This document shows, piece after piece, positions 62,603-64,000 of a stretch of DNA of 64,000 nt. Numbering within the stretch: position 1 is the first letter of the stretch; each line of letters begins with the position of its first letter. The translations under genes and the position numbers were made by a program. This DNA comes from an uncultured delta proteobacterium. GTDB lineage: Bacteria > Desulfobacterota > Desulfobacteria > Desulfobacterales > Desulfatirhabdiaceae. The notes beneath the pieces are model-generated. The model was not told where the DNA came from. It saw nothing but the letters and a program-made list of their open reading frames with translations, and made no database searches. The DNA lies in contig CAWBKP010000006.1 in the NCBI GenBank assembly GCA_963789395.1, positions 1-64,000 on the forward strand, in the 5' to 3' direction.

Positions 62603-63601
62603 ATGAAAAATCATGAAAATAAAGTCCGGGCATTGGGGTTGTGTTCCGGCGGACTTGACAGCATTCTTGCGGCAATCGTTCTAAAAAATCAAGGAATTGC
62701 CGTTGAGTGGATCAGCTTCGAAACCCCGTTTTTTTCATCGGAAAAGGCCCGCCGGGCCGCTGCCCGGCTCCGGATTCCGCTGATTGTTCGAAACATTACC
62801 CTGCCGTATATGGAAATGCTCCGCAATCCCCCGTGCGGATACGGCCAGCACATGAATCCCTGCATGGACTGTCATGCCCTTATGTTTCGCATGGCCTACG
62901 GCGAGATGAAAGACAGGGAAATGGATTTTCTTTTCAGCGGTGAAGTGCTGGGTCAGCGCCCCATGTCACAGACCCGATCATCGCTTCGCTATGTTGAAAA
63001 GCATTCCGGATGCCGGCATGTGATTGTCCGGCCGCTGAGTGCAAAACTTCTGGAAGAAACCCTTCCTGAAAAAAAAGGGCTCGTGGACCGCAGTCGTCTG
63101 CTCGGACTTTCCGGAAGATCCCGGAAACCGCAGATCCAGCTTGCCCGAACATGGGGGATTGTCGATTATCCCGCGCCTGCGGGCGGATGTCTTCTGACGG
63201 AAGCGGTTTACAGCAGCCGCCTGAAAGATCTGTTTGACCATCGGGCGGACTGCTCGGAAAACGCGCTGCATCTGCTCAAATATGGCCGGCATATCCGTCT
63301 GAACGAAACCGTGAAAATCATTGTGGGCCGAACACTTCAGGACAATACCGCCATCCTGAACCACTATGATCCAATGCGGGATGTGGTGATTAAAACAATA
63401 GAGATTCCCGGCCCAGTCGTACTGATACCACTCGGGGCAGAAACCGATGAAATCCGGCAGGCGGCGTCCATCTGCGCCGGCTACAGCAAGGCGCCGGAAA
63501 ATACGCAGGTGGCGGTCGAGGTGATATCTCCCGGCAATGTCAATACCCTTTGGGTTACCGGCATGCGGACCGACTGCATTCAATCCATGCTGATCGGGTA
63601 A
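62603..63601 (+). CDS. ThiI-like tRNA sulfurtransferase (PP-loop) with DUF814-like C-terminus
   Basis: SGGLDS, NPCMDCH, GEVLGQRPMSQ, PAGGCLLT, IIVGR. Confidence 0.85.
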   Translation: MKNHENKVRALGLCSGGLDSILAAIVLKNQGIAVEWISFETPFFSSEKARRAAARLRIPLIVRNITLPYMEMLRNPPCGYGQHMNPCMDCHALMFRMAYGEMKDREMDFLFSGEVLGQRPMSQTRSSLRYVEKHSGCRHVIVRPLSAKLLEETLPEKKGLVDRSRLLGLSGRSRKPQIQLARTWGIVDYPAPAGGCLLTEAVYSSRLKDLFDHRADCSENALHLLKYGRHIRLNETVKIIVGRTLQDNTAILNHYDPMRDVVIKTIEIPGPVVLIPLGAETDEIRQAASICAGYSKAPENTQVAVEVISPGNVNTLWVTGMRTDCIQSMLIG

Positions 63602-63626
63602 GTCCTGAACGAAAAGATCGTTAGGA

Positions 63627-63692
63627 AAAATTCGAATATCGAATATCGAAATTCGAAACAAATTCAAAATCCGGATATCAAAGTGACAAAAA
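63627..63692 (+). repeat. 7-nt-periodic repeat, copy 6
   Basis: AAATTCGAATATCGAATATCGAAATTCGAAACAAATTCAAAATCC. Confidence 0.8.
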
Positions 63693-63723
63693 CAGTCGGC
63701 TTAAAACACAATTGTGAGCGGTA

Positions 63724-64000
63724 GGGTTGTTGCGGGCAAGTTTATTCGGTCGATGACGTTTCGGCAATGGCGCGAACTGACGCGGCTGCGTAAAAAGTAT
63801 GTTCGATCAGTTGGCGATTACCGGAAACGGACGCATAAGCTTTTCGAATCGGCAAACATCAAGATTGATTCTGTGGTGTCGGATTTGTTTGGTGTAACAG
63901 GACGCAATCTGATGAAACTTCTGATTGTGGACCGGGAACTGACATTGACGGATATCGAGGCCAGTATTTGCGGGAAACTCAAAGGCAAGGAGGTGGAGCT
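63724..64000 (+). pseudogene. 5'-truncated IS110-family transposase fragment running off the window
   Basis: Manual translation GLLRAS, frameshift, then RQWRELTRLRKKY...KLFESANIKIDSVVSDLFGVTGR; no N-terminal DEDD domain upstream. Confidence 0.75.

Overview
Chromosomal window from an anaerobic Desulfobacterota-like bacterium; the lineage is inferred from gene content only. Left to right it contains: (1) the right end of a P4-integrase/AlpA/primase-helicase satellite-like element integrated at tRNA-Sec, with an iteron-type origin; (2) a housekeeping block (CCA/polyA polymerase, comM, ctpA, envC, ftsEX, a parS site, mnmE-jag-yidC-yidD-rnpA-rpmH, tRNA-Lys and tRNA-Glu) with no dnaA; (3) an HD-GYP regulator and a sigma54-driven operon (histidine kinase, four receiver proteins, TauE/SafE, PEP-utilising enzyme); (4) DUF362/polyferredoxin/cytochrome b561 genes; (5) an unusual membrane-anchored Hsp70-like plus GrpE-like gene pair; (6) a pseudo-kinase and NtrC-type activator followed by two duplicated units of sigma54 promoter, c-di-GMP-I riboswitch and FN3/FG-GAP surface protein; (7) sucB-lpdA, rhodanese and HdrA-like genes; (8) a mercury methylation locus arsR-hgcA-hgcB split by a nested repeat insertion; (9) M48 peptidase, fabH, ubiB, a MshEN-PilB-REC ATPase with an Hpt gene, nth, a thiI-like gene and a truncated IS110. 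A 7-nt-periodic repeat occurs six times. Many single-base frameshifts outside 5.2-20.3 kb are probably sequencing or assembly indels. No CRISPR array was seen. All protein calls rest on motifs read by eye, not on database searches.
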